Shown: positions 49,401 through 63,522, numbered from the stretch's first letter. The stretch: DNA of 64,000 bases from Camelus ferus (GCF_009834535.1 NC_045696.1:52826001-52890000); one strand, 5' to 3'. Notes: generated by a model from the letters alone, not told the origin. Translations and numbers: made by a program.

Positions 49401-52400
49401 GAAACACAAGCAGAAACTAGAGTCTGATTCAACACAATATAGTGCTTAAGAGAATGAAGTGTGGCGTTATAAATCCACTCCCTTTTAATGATCCTAACAA
49501 AGTCCCCTTCACTGGGGAAGGGTGGGTGCGCTGAGTACCCTGCTGTGGGAAGGCGGGGTGGGGCCTCTCTGCCCGAGGATGGATCTGCTATGCAGATTTA
49601 TTAGTTTAGGAAAAGGTGTGGAGACGCCAGCAGAGCCCCAGGTGGAAATGGGCACAATGCCATTCCCTTCATCTGACCAACTGCAGTTTCTTGTTTCAAG
49701 GCATGGAGCACACCATGTAAATCTTTGGGTCACAGAATTTTAAAATGCACTCGGATCCTCTTGCTTGTCTCCCTGTGCCCCCGTCTGTCGGTCCCCGTCA
49801 GGCACACTTCTCCCATTCTGTCAGTTCCCACTGACTAGCTGCTTTCAACCCAGGGGTCCTGTCACCATCTCCCTATACTCTCGCAACTTTAAGAATCCTC
49901 TTAGACCAGAATCTGACACTCAATCTCTTGCTAAATTCTCTGGTGAAATAAAGCCCTTTGGCTAATGGTGGGCCCTTCTCTTGTTCCTCTCTATTATTTT
50001 CTGCCCTTGGATAAATGTGTACTTGAAATGCAAATTTTAGTATTTTGGTATTTTAAACATCTCAACCTATTTCCACAATCTTGCTCACATCGCCGAATGT
50101 TATATTTATTCTGGGATCCGGTGTTTAGTTTAAACCTCCCTTTGCTTAATGTGCTTTTGTGTCTCCTGGCAATATTCAGCCACCAGGCTAAATAACTCCT
50201 CGGCCTCCTCAGTGTATGCATCTTTCAAACTCTTCACGTCATTAGCATATCCCCTCTCAGCCACTGTTTACTCAGGTTGTACATATTAGTTCTTTTAATA
50301 TTTCTTCCTAAGTCAGAAGGAAGAGCCCGGAGCTAATGGCAAGAGGAAAGTGTTCTCTTCTGTGCTCTCTAATGTAGAGGCAAATCAGTCAGGAGTAACT
50401 CCAGTTAAAGCACGCCAGGTGCCACCTTCTGAGTCCAGTGCCTTCAGAGTTCCGTGCTTTGGTGGAATCCCTAGAGTTCACATCCAAAACACTGAGTTAT
50501 TTAGATTTCCAAGGTCAGCCGGGTGTTTGGAAGAAAGCAGCTACTTGAAATTAAATACATTTCCTTGGTGTTTCTCTCTCTCTTTCTCCCATTCTCTCCT
50601 TCTTCTTCTCTCTTCCCCAACTCCTGCCCCCATCCACCCAGGCACATGCATACATTCAAACAGCTATTAATTCACACAGAACCATTCACTCTAACTTTAA
50701 AGAAATAGCATATCAATTCACTAACTCCTAAATATTTGCTCATTAAACACAGCAGGTAAGTGTATTCTTGAATATTCTCCAGGATATGACAACAGTGCCC
50801 TATTTGGAATTGAAAAAAAAAGACTGCTACCTTAATAATCATTATATCCATCTTTCTCTTCCTTTATTTGAGATACAGAAAGTAAAATTTAGAAAACGTG
50901 TTAAATTTGAGTGTTTTATGACTTTAAAAATGTAGAATTTTGAGGATTATTATATGTTGGAAAACAGATGAAGCATTTACCCCCCACTATTCTGAGAAGA
51001 GTCTTGAAAGGATAACATTTCTGTAGATCATTCTTTTACAGAAGGGAAGATGGGTTTTAAATGGAGTTGACATTCCCTTTTCTCACCTAAATTTGAATAC
51101 TGATAAGTAAGTGACTGTAAACACATAGGCTAGAAACACAAGTGCATATATAGATTAATGAAGAACAAAGAAGCAGCCCTTGCAGGGTAGATGTGTACCT
51201 ACATGTGTGTTCGTGTGGATTTGTGATTGGAAAGGGGAGCGAAGAGGGTGAGCAAAAGCAAGCCATGAAATTCTACGTCTAAAAATAAAAGAAAAAAGGA
51301 TTGCGAATCAGTGATGCCATTTGAAGTTCTCTGAGCTGACTTCAAATGCTGTAACAAGTTTCTTATGGTACATTTCATGTTTTCTTTCTTTCTTTTAATC
51401 CTAAGGACATACTCATCTGTTCCTGGCTTTGCTTCCTTCCCTCCTCTTTTTGCACATCACGTTCTATACAACCACGCTAAGAAAAGGAAGAGAGAAAGAA
51501 ATATGAGAAATCCAGAAAAAATGCTTGTGATGGGGTTCTGTTTGTATTTCCAGCCATGTCTCTCTCTAGATCCTTTGAAGTTTTTGTTTCTCAGCTTCAC
51601 ATCCCACCTGAGAGATCCTTTAGTGTTGGACAACGTTTCTGTCCAAAGGTGGAAGCCACTTCTCATCCCCACCTCTCATCACCCATCAAGGGAGGGGTGA
51701 AGAGTGGTAAATGATCCACGACTGAAAGATGGCAGGGGTGGGTGGCAGACACGGTTACCAGAGCAGCAATCACAGGAGAATACGGAGACACAGGGAAGAA
51801 CAATGTATTGAAGAGAATGAGGTGGAAAAAACTGAGACGAGTGATATAATGAGCACAATTACAAGGAAGAGTTAGAAGAACAGCAATGGAAGAAGAGAGA
51901 GCTCTACAGAGAAAGAGAATTTGACGATGAAGATATTTGAACCTACGTGGAAGGGAAGGGGTTGGTTACTCTGCTGGAGAAATGTTCCCTATTTGAACAG
52001 TAAGACACAACAGGGTGTGGATTATGCAAATTGGCCCCATGCCTCCGGTAGCCCCAGAGGGTGTAGTTAGTACCTAGAAATCAGAGGCAAGCACAACGCC
52101 AGGAAAGATTCACAACTGGCTTTGGCTGTATGAATGAGCCTGGACCAAATGAAGAAGAACGCCCTGGCATTATGTTTCCTGGCATCCAGAGAGATCCAAT
52201 TCATTACGGTTTGTGTTTTTGCTTTCACAAACAAAAAATCAGCTAGCTGACATAGTTTGAGCTCAGCATCCAACTGGAAGCTGCCATCCACACATTCTTC
52301 TCACATCCTTCCCAGCCCTGGGCCATGGCATTCCGTCATTGTGCTCATACTTAACCGTTACCCTCCACTTGGTGCCAGTTTTCAGAAACTGTTCAGCCTT

Positions 52401-52614
52401 TCTAAATGCTAGGCTTGGAATCAAGATCCCCCATGTTTCGTTCTCCGAAGGGTAATTGTATTGATAACAGCTGATCTTCCATTGTAGGGACCACATGTGG
52501 TTTTGCTCCTCCTTGTACCCCCAGTGCACAGCAGGATGCTGGATGCTGGAGTGCACAAGAAATACTGCAGAGTGCCTGTGGAAAGAGCGGCCACTTAATA
52601 TACCCAAACTAGGC

Positions 52615-52810
52615 ACTTTGCTAAGTGACTGAGATACTATTTTATTTAATTCATAGTGCCATTAAGATTAGCTTACAGAGGAGGAAACACAGGAACCCAG
52701 GTTAGAGAGGACCTTTAAGGAACTTGCCTAAGTTTATGATGTTACTAAGGAAGACCTGAGGTTTGAACCAGGTCTGTGGACCTTTGGAACCTGTGTTCCC
52801 AACTAGGCAC
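52615..52810 (-). mobile_element. MIR SINE remnant
   Basis: TTACAGAGGAGGAAACACAGG...AACTTGCCTAAGTTTA...GAGGTTTGAACCAGGTCTGTGGAC. Confidence 0.65.
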
Positions 52811-55800
52811 AACTACTTTTATCATGAGAGATTTTACTTAGCTGAATTCTTAGCTTTCAGAATGTGCTCTATTTCTGTCTTCTGAATATAAAATGTGAGG
52901 TTGAGAGTGGGACACTTGGAAAATTTCCAAAATAATACAGCTCAGTTATAGATAAAGAAAGTAAAAAGACAACTTACAGCTTTTATAAGGTTTGTGTACT
53001 TAACTTCCTCATCGAGAGAATAAAATAAAGCAGTAAATGAGAAAAAAGCTGGCATTTAAAAGTTTAGCCCCACCTACTTATTTATAGAGGTCCCTCTGAA
53101 AGCAATATAAAGCCATTGGTGCACACACATGCCGACAGGACAGGAGCTACAGGAACGCTGTAGACGGCACTTATATTAGGAAAGCCTTCCCTGGAGAAGT
53201 GAGTTTTCAGGAAGTTGAAAAACACAAGCGAGAGAATCAGAGCCAGCAAGTTGTAAAAGGGTGTGGCAATCTGGTTTGCCTGCCTGAAATAGAGTTCTCT
53301 GCGCAGGAGAAATGAGCAGCATGATGTGACAGCAGGACACAGGCTAGCGTGTGAGGGGTGGTGCGAAGATTCTGGATTCGCTATGTTCAGTGTCTCTGCA
53401 TCTCAATGAAGATTCGGTGGAGCCTGCTGGCACCCAGAAGGGACTGAGTAAAATGGCATTTAAAAAAATAATTTGTTTTAAGCTTTCCTCCTGCCATCGA
53501 TCCTTCCTTCCTTTCTTGAGAAAACTTGGTGGATAAGAATGGAATTCCATGGAAATTGTATTTGTTTAAGTCCTTTGTATATCAACTTACTCTTGGTGCC
53601 AGTTTCTTGGTACTGAGTCCCAACATGTATTGTGATAATCTGCCCTGTGAATTGCTCTGAAAGTAGAAATGGTTCTTCAAGGTTGTCAAATAGTCATCAT
53701 CAACTCTGACTAACTGGCAGTGGCTACTTAGAGCACAGTGTTGAGAAGGATGCTGGGGCAGAATCTGGACTCAGTGGGAAAGAGCGGCAACGTCTATGAG
53801 GGCAAAAGGGGATGTGTGCCACATCCTTGGACCCGCACCTGCCCTGGGGTCTCTTGTAGTCCACTTGAGTTTTCTTGGATATGAAGAAATGTATCCTAAA
53901 TACAGCATGTAGGTTGAAATCTAGTGACTTCCTGAGTTTGATTGCCATTAGTACCATTTGGGAAAGTAGGAAAGAATGCTTATTCTGGAGTGAAGATAAT
54001 GAGTTCCATGCTTGACGTGGTTGGTATCAGGTTGGAACTACCTGGGGAGTGCATTCCACAGGCACTCAGAAATATGCTGCTGCTAACAGACGAGGGCTAA
54101 GTGTGGATTAAATGTGTAACATATACATTGGTAGTGATTCAGGCCACTGTTGTAGGGACTATGGGACATTTGTATAATGTAGCATCATGTCATAAAGCAA
54201 GGAGTCACTGTCTCACTACTTTCTTGTTATTCTGGGATGAGGGGAAGAAGAGGCAAAGAGGTAAAAGTGGGGAAAAAAAAAAAACCCAAAATACTTAGAA
54301 GACTCCTTAGGAATAAAATAGACATAAAAATTCCTGCAGGTGTTGATTGTTTTCTAAATTATTTCCTGAGAAGGGGGCGAGGCAGAGATTAGAGTTGCTG
54401 GTCAGAGGCAGCAACAACCACGATCTTTCACCATTGTCATCAGAACTGTGGGGGTCTTCCCAGACCTGTCATTAGCCGACTCTGCCCTGGCCGAGGATTA
54501 AGTATGAAGAGAGATGAGAGCACTGGCTGCTGTTTTCAAGAGCCACATAAATCAGTTGGCATTTCGTACGTGAATGTGTTAAACTCAGCAGGGCAGCTGC
54601 GCTGTGGAGGGAACGCTCTGCAGAGTTTTGTGGCTGCCACAGAAGACTCTGAAAGGTAATTAAAACAAAGCAGGCGATGACCGTATCTGGCCCTCTGTTC
54701 TTTCATCATGGGCCCTGATGTTGCAGTGACCTTACTGGGGTTCACCCCCAAATCCCAGCCTCACTTCTTCAGCTAGCCTCACTGCTGAAGGAGCCATTCC
54801 ATCCAATGTAGAGAAATGTTCTTGCTAAAAGTCAGTAACAAAGAGAAAAATAGTGGGTAGAGATGGGGGTAGACCAGAAAAGAAAATGGTTTAAGCAGGA
54901 AGCCAAGTGATGTTCTTAATATGTTCCCATTTGACATGAGGTGGGCGGCTCATTTAACAAAAGGTGGGCTGCTCAGGAGTCAGCACAGATAATAGTAAGG
55001 AGTCTGGCCATGTGCTTCTTGCTTTTAGACCGAAGCACATGAATGAGGAATTACTCCATCAACGTTCAGTTTGGGGTGCAGCCCTCTGTGTACCAGCACC
55101 CCTCAATCCTGGCCCGGGTATTTCAGCCTTTCTGTGGAGCAGATGGACTGCGAGGGGTGGGGAGTGAGGGTCCTGGCTGCAGAGTTGGGAGTGGACTGGA
55201 GAGGAGAGACCAGGAGGGAGCCCATGCCCGGCCCACTCCTGAACGCAGTCGCCCTCCCAGGCTGGGCCCACGTGCTCCTGGAAGGCTCCGGGGCCAGTGG
55301 GCCAAAGCCTAATAGGAAAACAGCAGCGATTTGTCGCCACTGCTATTTATGTTTCAAGCGCATGACAGGCTGTCGGTGTGAGTGAGGGTCGCTAAATTTA
55401 CTGCCTTTCAGATTACTGCCACGGTCTCTGACTTGACAAGTCACTTCATTTAAAAAGCACCGATGCGGATGTTTCCTCCACTTCTTTTTAAATAAAAACA
55501 AAGGGAGAGAGAAAGGCCACCACTGAGGTTTAAAGGACTGAAATGAAGAAAGCCCACAAGACTGCCTTGGCCTGATGGCAGGGCGCTACTTTCACGGACT
55601 CCACTCATTAAAGTGGCAAGTGAGGGAAAGGCATGACCCCAGAGGTCTTGGTTTGACTGATTTGTGGACTGGATGATATTTTTATGTGGTGGGAGATGAG
55701 TCATAAAATTAGTTGTTATCCCTGTTGAATTTGAATGCTTAGAGGATATTCAAGTGGAGATTCCTTCTAAACAACTGGATATAAATGAAGAATAAAACTA

Positions 55801-56379
55801 CATCTTTTTTGACACTTCATTTCTTTATTGGTGCATTTATTTTCTGAGGTCTTTATAAACAGAAGGTAATTATAGCCAAAAAGAAAGAATTAACCATCAA
55901 GGGGGTACTAGGGGATAGAGAAGGGGTACCCCCAGATGCTGAATAAGAGTAACAACTCAAAATACACATTTTTAGTATAAGGAGACCTAAATACTTAAAA
56001 ATACTATGCAAGTGGACTGTGATCTGAATAGTAGAGCGTGGCTTTCGAGTACAACTGTGTACAGTCATTTGACAAATATGTACTGCTACCATGTGCTGAC
56101 CAATAACTTAAACAGGAAGTACAAGAAACAGAGGAAGTAGAAGAAAGATACTATCCCTAGCTCTCATGGTATTTACATTCTCATCAGGGACAGACACAAT
56201 GAAACAGCTCTGGAAGGTCTTGACTTCGTTTCACCTGAGTGGGAAATGGATTAAAGACTTTGGGGATTATATATGCTTGAACTAGTTTCTATTAATCATA
56301 TTTCCTCAATGATTTTAAATGCTACTCCTAATTATAACTTGGTTTACTTCTTGATTCTGTTTTTTTTTATACCTTTTGA

Positions 56380-57900
56380 CTATTCTTAGGCCAGCCTCCT
56401 ATTATGTTAATTACCATAGCTTTTAATCAGTTTAATTAAAGATATGAATAGTCATTTATCAGAATTTTCCTTTTCTATCTATTTTTTAAAGTGAACTTTA
56501 GAATTATCTTCTAAATCAAACAAAAAAATTAGTATTTGGTCTTTTTGCTGGATTTATATTGGATTTATAGGTTAGTTTAGAAAGATGTATCTCTACAATC
56601 TTGATTCTTTCTATGCAAGAACAAGATATCACATTTAAGTCTTCTTTATTCATCCATCAATTGTTTTTTTCTTCCTAAGCCCTAAGAATTTTGAATTAAG
56701 CTTATTCTAATATATTTTATGTCTTCTTATTACTAGTGAACAGGGTCCTTTTTGCCATTATCTAACTGATATTAGTCGTATTTAGAAAAAACAGTTTTGT
56801 ATGTCAATACTGTAACTAGTTCCCTGTTGAATTACCTTTTCCTTATTGTTGCTAGAATGGTGTTGAAACAACAGACTATCCTCATTTTGAAAAAATAAAA
56901 AGCCCTTATTTTATTCACCAAAACAAATTTAGATAAATTAAGTTATTCAAAATTAAATTATAAGAATATTAAAAGAAAAAACAATGGTTTGTAATATTGA
57001 AGAAAGGACTATACATAAAAAGTAAAAATTTTTCCACAGCACAAAAACTTCATCAACAAAGTTAATACACAAATAACAAGATGAAAAATGTATTCTTAAT
57101 AGATATGACACAAAAGGGCCAAATTCCTTAAAAAGTTGAATTATCAAAGTCAGCAGGCTGGACTGACAATTTTGGGAGACAGTTTGACAACATCTGCTAA
57201 AGCTGAGGACTCGCATATGATCCAGCAAATCCACTACTATGTGCAGTGACAGTCACAGTAGCATTGGAAGCACCCACATGGTGTGGATGGTAAATAACTC
57301 ATTGCATATTCATATAACAGAATACCATACAGAAAAGCAAATGTAAAGATGACAGTTATGTGTGGCAAATGGACAATCTCCCAAACATAAATCAAAATAA
57401 GTGCAGTATAAATCCCCTCATGTGAAAATTAGACAAGCAAAACTAATCCATTTTTTCCATGATCGCTGTATAGTTGTAAAATTATAAAGCAAAGTAAGGA
57501 ACAGGTTATCACAAAATATTTAGCATTCTTGTATCTAGCATTTATTATGTGCTTACTATGTGTCATGCTTTTTATAAAATGTATTCACTTAAGAAAATTT
57601 CATTCATGTAATATATCTATCTAGTCATAAAAAACTATATTGGTTATCAAATACTATGTGTATTATATCTTCTTTGTGTCATAAGAGCTATATATACATA
57701 AATGCATATATTCATATATATGCTTTTTAACACACTTGCTTATATACATACATACACTGTGTCTACACAATATTGGTAGCAGTCTGACTTCTGGATAATG
57801 GAGTCAGGAGAGCCAGAAGTGTGTGGTCAAGGAAGTTCTCTTCATTTTATGCCCTCTTACACTGCTTGAATTTTTGATATAGATCATATATTACTTTTAT
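56380..57900. mobile_element. Ancient L1 (L1M-type) ORF2/3' UTR remnants: minus-oriented piece about 56380-56830, plus-oriented piece about 56880-57900
   Basis: Degenerate ORF2 motifs, e.g. ATATGATCCAGCAAATCCACTACT and TTTGGGAGACAGTTTGACAACATCT on the plus strand. Reverse-complement ORF2-like sequence at 56500-56630. Confidence 0.55.
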
Positions 57901-59312
57901 ATTAAAAGTTTCTTAAAAATGGGATTGGAGTTAATAATTTCAGTACAGGGGAAAGACATACCCACCTTGTGGCTGTATCCTCAGGGAAGGTTTCTTATAA
58001 TGAAAAAGAAAATCTCTGAGATTTTTCTATTTCTGGCATAAGGAAAGAAGAATTAACAGGAAAATATGACACCAATACCACATGACAGGAGGAATGGTAG
58101 CAAGGAAGCTGATATCACATAAAATCAGAGCAGTTCTCTAATTAGTTCAGCAGTGAGGAGTTTTAATGACTGGTCGTGGGCATTGTCTGTTCCACTCTAC
58201 CTCCCGTACTGTGTCTATTACAGACTTGTGACCTGCAGACCCAATCCGCCCTGAAGCAGTGAGACTCGAGCCTGGCCAATTGTTAGGAGCTCTCTGCCCA
58301 CTGCTGAGAGGGATCTGGACTTGTGTGCTGACCCTGAAGGTGGCAGGCACCTGTATGCACAGTCAAGTATCTTTTCCCTTCCTATGCTGCATCCACCCTG
58401 CATCCCAGTTTGCTTGATTGCTCTTCCATCCTTGTCCCTGGCTCTCAGACTGCACTCCAGTCCCCAGCTGGGACTAAAGTGGGGCTAAACTATGAACTTG
58501 ACCCATCACCTAGGTGTCAATAACTCCATTCCTCCCAGGCTGGAGGCTTCTAAGGACTCTCTTTCTGTCACTGATTGATAGCCAACCGGCCTTGACGCAG
58601 CACTGTTACCCAGAGGTCTTTGTGCCCTGCTAGCATCATAGCCATTGGACCCGAATATTCTAAGAACAATCCCAACCTGATTTTCCACAATGATATGAAC
58701 TACAAGTCTCCTAGGAAAGGGGAGGAGGTCCGAGGTGTGGGTAGAATAAGCCCTCCTTCATCCTACTGTGTTTCTTCTCTTATATTCCTTCAGCCCAAGC
58801 AAAACTTCGCTTATCTTCTTTTCTCACTGGGAACGTCTACGTTCGCTAGTGGCCTAGCCTCCCCCCCCCAACCCCCCACCCAGGGCTTAACAGGCAAGAG
58901 CCATAAAATCACTACCTTAAAAGTACACAATTTATAGGGTCTATGCGGAGACCTTTTATGGATGGAGAGAGCAGGTACTAACTAATACCTGTCATGCAAA
59001 AATATTAGGTTCAGCATTTTTTTTCACAGTATATAGTACAGAACTTTGTATCTCAACCAAGCACATAAATGTACTCAATCATGTATTTATATCACACAAC
59101 TTCCCAGCCCTGTGTTGAAGCCATTTCATCTTGCTCTAGGAAGCTGATCTGTCTGTTTAGAAAGCTTTCCTCCCTCACTTCCCATCCCCACCTTACAAGG
59201 ATCTTAACTGCAATGCACAAAATAACTACAGAGATTCAGTTGCTAACTAATGGATTTCAACCTAGGGCCTGTCAAATGCTTGTTTAAGACACTTGATCAT
59301 TGTAAGTTATAT

Positions 59313-59531
59313 TGTTATGGACTGAATGCTTGTGTCCACTCAAAATTCATATGTTGAAATCCTACCCTACAGCTATCTATGAACCAAGAAACAGGCTCTC
59401 ACCAGATACTGAATCTGCTGGTACCTTGATCCTGGACATCTCCACCTCCAGAACTATGGGAAATAAATGTCTGCTGTGTAAGCCGCCCAGGCTATGGAAC
59501 TTTGCTATAGCAGCCTGAACTGACTGAGATA
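59313..59531 (+). mobile_element. MaLR solo LTR (MLT1A-like), internally deleted
   Basis: Starts TGTTATGGACTGAATG...CAAAATTCATATGTTGAAATCCTA. Ends CTCCAGAACTATGGGAAATAAATG...GCTATAGCAGCCTGAACTGACTGAGATA. Confidence 0.8.
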
Positions 59532-59580
59532 GCATCTCTACTCAGTATGCTGCTATCCATTTATTTCAGAGTTTCTGGAA

Positions 59581-59875
59581 ATGGAGAAGAAACTGAAAAT
59601 ATGTATGCATGTGTATGTAGGTGGGGAGGGTGTAGCTCAAGTGGCAGAGTGCAGGCTTAGCATGCACAAGGTCCTGGGTTCAATCCCCCATACTTCCACT
59701 TTAAAAATAATTAAGTAAATAAACCTAATTACTTCCCCTTCCAAACCACTCCCCCCCCCCCAAAAAATAAAAAAGTATGCATGTGTATGTATAACTGAAT
59801 TGCTTTGCTGTTCAACTGAAAGCAACATTGTAAATCAACTAAACTTCAATAAAAAAAATAACAAGGGAAAAAAAA
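59581..59875 (+). mobile_element. 5'-truncated artiodactyl-type L1 3' end, interrupted by a SINE
   Basis: TATAACTGAATTGCTTTGCTG...AACATTGTAAATCAACTAAACTTCAATAAAAAA. 13-bp TSD AGAGT(T/C)TCTGGAA at 59568-59580 and 59876-59888. Confidence 0.8.
59620..59774 (+). mobile_element. tRNA-Ala-derived camelid SINE (Vic-1-like), nested in an L1 3' end
   Basis: Same tRNA-like head. Perfect 17-bp TSD GTATGCATGTGTATGTA at 59603-59619 and 59775-59791. Confidence 0.9.
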
Positions 59876-60283
59876 AGAGTCTCTGGAATCTACCCAAGGA
59901 TCACATATTTAGAAAGCAGGTGACCTGGACCATGAGTATTTATGCACTTCCAAGAAATGGCTTCACCAAAGCGAGGCCACGGGCTTTCCTATAAAGACTA
60001 TTAAAACTTATCCTTTTGAACACATTTTCTGTGTATTTCATAAACTTTAGTCCAATATATTGTCTAGTACATCAATACCCTTGATAAGTGGCCTCTGTGC
60101 ATTTTTGCAAAAAATTATGTCTCCTCAGATGGATTTTTAAACTTTTCCCACTACTTTGAAATAAAGTAGTTAGGTTAGTCAATGCATTTTCCTTTTTGTT
60201 TTCACTTTAGAAAAATTATGTAAATATTGTGCCCGGGAGTAGCAATCAGGTTCCTTATCTCAGGTTCCTGCCAGCATCCATTC

Positions 60284-60473
60284 CAGCGCTTCCCAATGTG
60301 TGATCCACAGATCACCTATGTGAGAACCACACTGGGAGCTTAACATCAAGGCAGATCACTGGGTCCTTCCACAGACTCAATGAGTCAGACCTGCTTGGGG
60401 TGAGGCCCAGGAATCCACGTGCTGATAAAGCTCACTAGGTGATGCTTGGGAACACCTACATTTGGGAACCACC
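60284..60473. mobile_element. MER5-like hAT DNA transposon (MITE)
   Basis: About 190 bp with degenerate terminal inverted repeats (CAGCGCTTCCCAA ... TTTGGGAACCAC) and an internal GGGGTGAGGCCCAGGAATC motif. Confidence 0.7.
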
Positions 60474-61941
60474 CATCTGATCTTAGTCGTCTGACATTCA
60501 GAAGCTTATCCCTTTGTTTCTCTCAAGGGACTTCAAATAACTGCAGCTGACAGGTTTAACCTTGGCCTGGGATTGGGAATCAATTCGGTTTTTAGGTCAG
60601 GGGAGACTGAAGGAGAAAAGTTAAATTATCAAGAGAAGAATCCATGTTCTGCATTGAACTTGACACTCTAGTCTCATTGCTGAGCTAACAAACCTCTTTG
60701 TGTTAGTACCACTTTGTGACACACAGGCTCCTTACATATACTTGTTCATTTATCTATGTGGGCATATTCTTTTTTCTTTATTTACAAATGAAACTACTTA
60801 GCTTTAGCAATTTCCCAACATCACACTGATGGTAAATGGCAGAGCTGAGATGTCTGTGTGAACCTAGTGTTGTTAACCATTAATCATAGTTTAACAGTCT
60901 CACCTCTATTTCTGGAACTAATCTCCATCTTGCCTGCCTACCTACCTACCAGTACTAGACACTAGACAAAAGCCAATGCTGACTACCTGCTGGCCTTCCT
61001 GGAACTCTAAACAGAGCCTGTGTCCCAGTTCCCAATTGTCTGCTGTCCTTAATTTTCCTCTCTGTCCTGCGGTTCACTGTGTTTTGCCTGGCATTGTCAC
61101 TAGATTTTCACATTGTAAAAATCATCAATAGGTCATTTTTATGCAAAGTTGGACAAGAAAACACAAACTGTCTGTCCTACCTCCCTTAAGCGTGAATTTC
61201 ATCACAAAAGCACTTGTGATCAGTAGACAAGCTATCTGTGAACTTGCAGAATGGCAGATGGATGGCTCCTGACCTTCTCAAAGATTAGAAGGTCCTTTAA
61301 GAGTAAATTTATCTGTAAACAGTTGAGAGATTTTATTTCTTCGGATCATGTTAGGTAGGATTCCGAGCTACCTATCCCACCCTCTTGTGGTCTGGTTGTA
61401 GAGCTACACTGAAATTACATGCTGTGGGCAGCATGAGCTGCAGGCAGATGAGGTGATGCAAGGCAGGGGCTGCCTGTGTGGTGAGACTTTACAGGTTGCC
61501 AGGCAGGATAAATTGCCTCAAAGATATCAAGCTTTAAAGTTTAATTATTTTCCCATTAAGACTCCATTAACAATGCAAATATTAATGCAAGTGGTTATAC
61601 CTTTTATCAGAGAATGTCTTAATTTTCAATGAACACCTAAGGGACTTGTCAGCCTGCAGGCAATCAGGGTGGGTACTTGTGGGCAGAAGTTCGGAGGACC
61701 TGGAAGAACAGGACAGGAGGAAGAGGACCGCTAGGGAAGGAGGAGGGAGTCACCGTTCAGATGTCACACTGAACGCACTCTGGCTTACTGCATCTAAATG
61801 TTGGTGGTGATACTGAGACAGAAAATCAGTCTCACTAATATCTAAGTCTTGGTGTGAAATTAGTTGCAGATATGGATAAAAAGGTCCCGGCTTATGACAT
61901 ATATAAATATGTCAGTCTTGGAATAGGTATAAAACACACTA

Positions 61942-62066
61942 GGGGGGGTGCGAGATATAACTCAGTGGTAGAGCGTGAGCTGGGCATGCACGAGGTCTTG
62001 GGTTCAATCCCCAGTACTTCTGCTAAGGGGAAAAAAAACCCCAAAATCAAACAATGAAAAAAAAAT
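61942..62066 (+). mobile_element. tRNA-Ala-derived SINE, short variant
   Basis: ATATAACTCAGTGGTAGAGCGTGAGCTGGGCATGCACGAGGTCTTGGGTTCAATCCCCAGTACTTC followed by an A-rich tail. Lacks the CCTAATTAC block. Confidence 0.85.
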
Positions 62067-63341
62067 TAAACACAAAAAGTCTTTTGGTGCATTTGAGGTC
62101 ATGCAAGGTGGGTGGTCTTTTAGGCTTGCTGATCCCTATCTTGATGAGAGCAATAATAGCCAGGTTTTCAGAAGATAATTGGGTAAATTTTGAGCAGGAG
62201 GTCTTGGAATGTCTTCAAAAAATCACTACTCTCAAATCTCCTCAGCCTTCCCTTCCCTGGATACTATTCTAAAATACTGTTAGTTTCCAGAAGGCTAAAC
62301 CTGATTATATCAATATCTCAACATAACGTTTACTGATGAAATTTTAGGTTCCTGGTCTAAAAAACCTCGCAATTTCAAGGTGAAAAAAGTTAAGCACCTC
62401 AAATCATTGCCTTTGGACAGATGGTTTCACCTGCTGGCAAACTTAGCCATGGCTCTCGGGCAACACTGTCTGACCTGCTGTGTTCAGGGGCAGAGGAGAC
62501 CACAGGGAAGGTGGGAAGGCAGAAAACCATGAGGGGGAAGCCCTGCAGCAAACAAGAAGGCAATAGAGAGGGGCACAGGGTGATCATAGGAAGAAATCCA
62601 GAGAATCAGACCATGGGGAAGGATAAGAGCAGGAAAAAAATGCTATCAGAATTACAACAGCCTAGAGCAGACTCACAGATACTTACAAAATCAGCCTGCT
62701 GGCAGTCAGGGCAGGCAGGTTTATTTTGGTTGGTTGAGCCTAAGCCTATTCACAACACGACTTCATTTGGATATGACATAAAATAACCATGCTAAGAAGT
62801 GGTTACCTGTCATTCTACCCATCTGAGAGTAAGTGAATAGATAAGCATATGATTGCATAAGTGGCTGGGTATAGGAAAGCTCAAGGGTCACAAAAGTTTG
62901 GAGTGGTCATTTTGGACAACATAGTGATAACCTTTAGTCCTCCTTAAAGGACTGGGAGGGGCTCAAACCATTTTTTTTAACCAGTATCCCTGGTCTTGAC
63001 ATAGTTCCAGGTAGTCTAAGGGCAGGTTATCAAGGCATTGTCTTCACATCGGGGATAATGAAAAACTTGTGTCCCTATTTCAATGCTTATCTAATGGAAA
63101 GTCTATCTAGAGAGTTGTCAGGTGCTATCACGGAAGACAGCTATCAGTCACTGGTGTGGGGAATAGGGGCACTGGCCACAGATGAACTGCATGTGCCTCT
63201 GACACCTTGGTTAGCACATGACTAGGTTGGATCCATGCTAATCAAAAGAATAAAATTCCAAAATGGTCAGGTGTCTGACTTCCGCTTCCTCTAATCCAAT
63301 CTGTTCCTCTTTCCATCAAGGAGTCAAAATTGAAATATCTT

Positions 63342-63522
63342 GTACTGGTTTTTTTTTGTTTTTGTTTTTGTTTTTGTTTTTGTTTTTGTTTTTTTATGAA
63401 GGGGAGGTAATTAGGCTTTGTTTCTTCATTGATTTCCACTTGGAGTAGGTACTGGGGATTGGACCCTTGACTTTTCGGGTGCTGAGCATGCACTCTACCA
63501 CTTGAAGCTATACCCTTCCCCC
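63342..63522 (-). mobile_element. tRNA-Ala-derived camelid SINE (Vic-1-like)
   Basis: Reverse-complement head at about 63445-63522, (AAAAAC)n tail. 15-bp TSD AAATTG(A/G)AATATCTT at 63327-63341 and 63523-63537. Confidence 0.9.
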
